From Cuniculiplasma divulgatum (GTDB taxonomy: Archaea; Thermoplasmatota; Thermoplasmata; Thermoplasmatales; Thermoplasmataceae): a stretch of 32,000 nucleotides of DNA. Below, in pieces: positions 28,726 to 32,000 of this stretch; the stretch's first letter is position 1, and each line of letters begins with the position of its first letter. The DNA lies in the NCBI RefSeq assembly GCF_900083515.1, contig NZ_LT671858.1:1860001-1892000 (forward strand), read 5' to 3'. The position numbers and the translations under genes were made by a program. Below the pieces are notes generated by a model. The model saw only the letters and a list, made by a program, of their open reading frames with translations. It ran no database searches and was not told the origin of the DNA.

Positions 28726-29229
28726 TTATTTTTGAAATATTTCCTTTAATTTTACAAGAGATATTAGTTCTACTCCGTTGTCTCTTAGAAGTTCATAACC
28801 TCCTTCCTCCCTGTCAACGACTGTAATCGCCCTGTTTACAATACATCCATTATCTCTCAGGAGATTAACTGCCTTGAGTACAGAATTCCCTGTTGTAACC
28901 ACATCCTCGATTATGTTTACTTCTGAGCCTTTTTCTGGGTTCCCTATGATCAGTTTCTTCATACCATGTTTTGATTCTTTCCTTATTATAAGATAGGGTA
29001 TGTTCATCTGATATGACACACCAATAACAATAGGTACTGCACCAAGCTCAACCCCTGCGACTACCTTTGCATTCAGTTTCTTAACCACTTCATGTACGAT
29101 TTCCTTCATTATGTGGGGCCTAGCACACGCATCCTTTATATCAACGTAATATTCAGATTGCTTACCCGATGTAAGTGTGAAGTTCCCTTTTTTTACAGCA
29201 TTCTCCTCAATAAGAAGTTCTTTAAGCAT
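28726..29229 (-). CDS. pyrE: orotate phosphoribosyltransferase
   Basis: FTLTSGKQSEYYVD N-terminal motif and PRPP loop VNIIEDVVTTGNSV. 167 aa. Confidence 0.9.
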   Translation of the reverse strand: MLKELLIEENAVKKGNFTLTSGKQSEYYVDIKDACARPHIMKEIVHEVVKKLNAKVVAGVELGAVPIVIGVSYQMNIPYLIIRKESKHGMKKLIIGNPEKGSEVNIIEDVVTTGNSVLKAVNLLRDNGCIVNRAITVVDREEGGYELLRDNGVELISLVKLKEIFQK

Positions 29230-29305
29230 AAGTGGATAAAATTTAGATATATTTAGAATTAACTAATTTAAGGATGCTGTATAACCCCACTCAGCCAGGG
29301 AAGCC

Positions 29306-30163
29306 TTAGATTACATTGTTCTCCAGTGAAAGACTATTCTTACCTTCGATTATACATCTGACCTTATCTCCACTATGTATTTCGACTGCACCAGGAGTAC
29401 CGGTGGATATTATATCTCCAGGTTCCAGAGTGAAAATTTTAGAGTGAAACGAAATGAGTTTTTCAGGAGAAAACATCATATTTTTTACGATGTTTGCGTG
29501 TTCTATCCTGCCATTTTTGATCGTGCTTATCTTCAGTGTGTGAAGATCTGGAAAATCATCTATTGTTGCAATTTCCGGTCCAATACTAAAAAATGTATCA
29601 AAGCTTTTTGACAGTGTCAAAAAACGTGGATTCTGCTCAAGAATATCAAGGGCCGTCATATCTATGATAGGAGTTATACCAAAAACGTGAGATATTGCAT
29701 CTTCTTCACTGATATTTTTCCCCTTCTTTCCAATGATTATGCCAAGTTCTGCCTCCGCGGTAATTCTCCCCCATCCTTTTGGAATTACAATATTTTCTCC
29801 CTGAGTTATCATTGAGGTTTTTGGTTTCATGAAACTGGCAGGCATGACTGGCTGTTTCACATTCAGGTCCCTTGCGTGTTCAATATAATTTAGACCAATT
29901 GACCAAATCTTTCCAGGGTGTGAAATAGGTATAGCATATTCAGCCTCATTTTTTTCTAATTTATGTAAATTTGATACTTTTCCTCTGTTATAATCAATAT
30001 GCCTAAGATTATCCACAATACCGCTATTTCTTATCATATCATCAAGCGTATCCGGCATCCTTATACCCATCAATTCCTCCATATCTTTGAGCTGAAGGAA
30101 TTTATCATTCAGGCAAATGGATGGAAATCCTCCTGAATAGTTTTTTAACATACAGAACTTCAT
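29306..30163 (-). CDS. fumarylacetoacetate hydrolase (FAH) family protein
   Basis: KIWSIGLNYIEHA, AELGIIIGKKGKNI, SKSFDTF and LEPGDIISTGTPGAVEI. The ORF-track start at 30208 is TTG. ATG 30163 (MKFCML..) lies about 26 nt downstream of a TTTAAGAA box. Confidence 0.85.
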   Translation of the reverse strand: MKFCMLKNYSGGFPSICLNDKFLQLKDMEELMGIRMPDTLDDMIRNSGIVDNLRHIDYNRGKVSNLHKLEKNEAEYAIPISHPGKIWSIGLNYIEHARDLNVKQPVMPASFMKPKTSMITQGENIVIPKGWGRITAEAELGIIIGKKGKNISEEDAISHVFGITPIIDMTALDILEQNPRFLTLSKSFDTFFSIGPEIATIDDFPDLHTLKISTIKNGRIEHANIVKNMMFSPEKLISFHSKIFTLEPGDIISTGTPGAVEIHSGDKVRCIIEGKNSLSLENNVI

Positions 30164-30309
30164 ATGGATGCAATTATACTGTATTCTTAAACGTTGGCTC
30201 AATACCAATCTTGTTAACTTAAACCCAATAAAAATCTGATATCATTTTGCGAGTGATGCTAACTATGTCAGATGCTTGTCCGATATTTGTATTTCGAATT
30301 TAAAAAAAG

Positions 30310-30317
30310 TTTATATA
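30310..30317 (+). promoter_or_regulatory. TATA box TTTATATA for ftsZ (leaderless geometry)
   Basis: The box centre lies 26-27 nt upstream of ATG 30340. The octamer is identical to the one at the PadR promoter. Confidence 0.55.
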
Positions 30318-30339
30318 TTTGTCTGTCAATTGTCTATCA

Positions 30340-31383
30340 ATGATGGAATATGACAGCGAGATGGAAAAAATCCTTAAAACCGCTAAAGTAAGGATTAAGG
30401 TAATAGGCTGTGGTGGTGCAGGATGTAACTCTGTTACAAACCTTAAGAAGTTTGGACTATCAGGTGCAAAACTCATTGCACTTAACACTGATGCCGCACA
30501 TCTTAAAGATAAAACTGATTCTGATGTGCTTATGCTCATTGGGGAAAGATTAACTAATGGACACGGTGCAAAAGCTGATCCAAATGTGGGGAGAGATGCA
30601 GCCATAGAAAGTAGAGATTCGATTATGAAGGCTACTGCAAATGCAGATCTTGTCTTTATTATAGCCGGGATGGGTGGAGGTACTGGAACCGGAAGCGCAC
30701 CCATAGTTGCTCAGGCAGCAAAGGCCAATGGTGCACAGGTTATATGTTTTGTAACCCTCCCAACAAAAAGTGAGGGCGAAATAAGAAAACAAAATGCAAA
30801 GATAGGTCTAGAGAGTCTCACAAAAGTCTCGCATACAGTCATAGTTATTTCAAATGAAAGGCTCAAGCAGATAAACAACAAAAAAAATGAGGAGGAAAGC
30901 TATGCTATGGCCGATAAATTCATTGTAGATCAGATTTCAGGTATTGTTAATACGATTACAGACACCAGCCTGATAAATGTTGAATTCTCTGACCTCATGA
31001 GGGTGTTATCGCACTCAAGAGCTGCATATGTTGGAGTGGGAGAGTCTTCAGGTGGAGAAAAAAGAATGGATTTTGCCCTTAATGATGCCTTAACAAACCA
31101 GTTGATTGATGTGGATATATCAAAGGCGAAGGGATGCTTGATGAGGGTCATAGGAGGTAACTTTACCATCGATGAATTTGATGACATATCAAAGAAAATG
31201 CTAGGGATGATGAATGAAGATTGTGAATTTATAGTTGGAGCAGACATAAAGGAAGAGATGGGCGACGCGGTTAAAATTTTCCTGATTATTACAGGTGTTG
31301 ATTCCAACTTCATAATCGGAAATGGTGACGATATCGATCCTCACCTTTTTGGCGATGATGACAGTGACAATAGAATTGCATAA
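30340..31383 (+). CDS. ftsZ: cell division GTPase FtsZ (divergent paralog)
   Basis: IKVIGCGGAGCN, NTDAAHL, the tubulin signature AGMGGGTGTGSAPIVA and T7-loop region SLINVEFSDL. The ORF-track start at 30319 is TTG. ATG 30340 or 30343 is preferred. Confidence 0.9.
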   Translation: MMEYDSEMEKILKTAKVRIKVIGCGGAGCNSVTNLKKFGLSGAKLIALNTDAAHLKDKTDSDVLMLIGERLTNGHGAKADPNVGRDAAIESRDSIMKATANADLVFIIAGMGGGTGTGSAPIVAQAAKANGAQVICFVTLPTKSEGEIRKQNAKIGLESLTKVSHTVIVISNERLKQINNKKNEEESYAMADKFIVDQISGIVNTITDTSLINVEFSDLMRVLSHSRAAYVGVGESSGGEKRMDFALNDALTNQLIDVDISKAKGCLMRVIGGNFTIDEFDDISKKMLGMMNEDCEFIVGADIKEEMGDAVKIFLIITGVDSNFIIGNGDDIDPHLFGDDDSDNRIA

Positions 31384-31411
31384 AGTCTGAAAACTACATT
31401 TTACCAATTTT

Positions 31412-31419
31412 TTTATATT
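31412..31419 (+). promoter_or_regulatory. TATA box TTTATATT for pyrF (leaderless geometry)
   Basis: The box centre lies about 25 nt upstream of ATG 31440. Confidence 0.5.
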
Positions 31420-31439
31420 ATTTGTAATTAGCCATCATT

Positions 31440-32000
31440 ATGAATCATAAAATTGTTGCATCCCTTGATATAACAGACGAGAAGAAGTTGATTTCTATTG
31501 CTGAGGAAATAAGTAACAGCGTGTTTGCAATTAAAATAAACTGGCCAACAATATTGAGCCTCGGAAAATCAATTATAGGAAAACTTTCCATGTTTTCAAA
31601 AGTGATTTGCGATCTGAAGATAGCAGATATACCGAATACCAACAGGCTTATTATTGAACAAATTTCAAAGGAAAACCCATGGGCAGTTATTGGACACCTC
31701 TTTCCAGGACCTGATTCTATGAAATCTCTTGTTGATAATTCTGGTGAAATAAAAATAATTGGAGTTGCATCAATGAGCAATCCCGGGTCTAATCTGTATC
31801 TTAACCCAAACTTTGAGAATCTAGTTTCTGATGCTATAACTCTTGGATGTTACGGTATTGTGGCACCTGGAAACGATTATGAACTCCTCGGAAAAATATC
31901 AAGGACAAAAGGACCATTGAAGATTTTCTCTCCTGGAGTTGGCGCACAGGGTGGTGGATACAAAAAAGCAATTAGCTCCGGCTCAGACTATGTAATAATA
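31440..32000 (+). CDS. pyrF: orotidine 5'-phosphate decarboxylase, N-terminal 187 codons (runs off the window end)
   Basis: Absent from the ORF track because it is open at the window edge. My translation is MNHKIVASLDITDEKK..VICDLKIADIPNT..FSPGVGAQGG. It contains the D-x-K-x-x-D-I-x-x-T catalytic motif. The listed minus-strand ORF 31445-31780 is its antisense shadow. Confidence 0.88.
   Translation, partial: MNHKIVASLDITDEKKLISIAEEISNSVFAIKINWPTILSLGKSIIGKLSMFSKVICDLKIADIPNTNRLIIEQISKENPWAVIGHLFPGPDSMKSLVDNSGEIKIIGVASMSNPGSNLYLNPNFENLVSDAITLGCYGIVAPGNDYELLGKISRTKGPLKIFSPGVGAQGGGYKKAISSGSDYVII

Noticed and set aside
30300-30704. 134-aa minus-strand ORF overlapping the ftsZ 5' region; similar antisense ORFs at 921-1376, 1425-1829, 1860-2234, 2653-3006, 6820-7170, 8109-8438, 10821-11126, 20259-20615, 29375-29611, 30930-31313 and 31445-31780
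   Set aside because: Each is fully contained in a strongly supported gene on the opposite strand.
31329-31338. CGATATCGAT inside ftsZ, and ATATCGATTT at 3020-3029 inside the ACAD-like gene, as further operator copies
   Set aside because: They sit deep inside coding regions (encoding D-D-I-D and A-I-S-I), lack the conserved flanks of the two promoter copies, and are incomplete versions of the 10-bp palindrome.

Overview
This is an AT-rich, very gene-dense archaeal chromosomal segment with about 30 genes, many joined by ATGA or TGAATG junctions. It fits best with a wall-less acidophile of the Thermoplasmata (Ferroplasma, Picrophilus or Acidiplasma-like), but I cannot confirm that without a database search. 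The archaeal assignment rests on archaea/eukaryote-type genes (S19e, L39e, L31e, aIF6, CDP-archaeol synthase, Pth2, Nob1), TATA-like boxes about 26 nt upstream of many ATGs, and a 23S rRNA gene with no 16S or 5S beside it. In order, the window holds: an etfB fragment; a thiolase, acyl-CoA dehydrogenase and degenerate ACAD-like operon; a small membrane protein; a PduO-type cobalamin adenosyltransferase; a four-gene GlgE-pathway operon (glgB-glgE-treS-mak); Mrp/ApbC; 23S rRNA with its own processing stem; an AbrB-PhoU regulator; a sequon-rich membrane protein; an HTH-CBS, carS, pth2 operon; nob1; citrate synthase; PadR; a degenerate adenylate-forming-enzyme-like protein; nnr; glnA; the rps19e, PDCD5-like, rpl39e, rpl31e, eif6 cluster; pyrE; an FAH-family hydrolase; a somewhat divergent ftsZ; and the start of pyrF. 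I found no CRISPR array, transposase, integrase, tRNA or recognisable defence module, so this reads as core genome rather than an accessory island. The items most worth follow-up are: (1) a 15-of-17 identical element around the palindrome TCGATATCGA, present at both the PadR promoter and the beta-oxidation promoter; (2) a complete bacterial-type GlgE alpha-glucan pathway operon in an archaeon; (3) a canonical plus degenerate ACAD gene pair; (4) an adenylate-forming-enzyme homolog whose P-loop is fully replaced. All family calls come from motif recognition by eye, and no searches were run.
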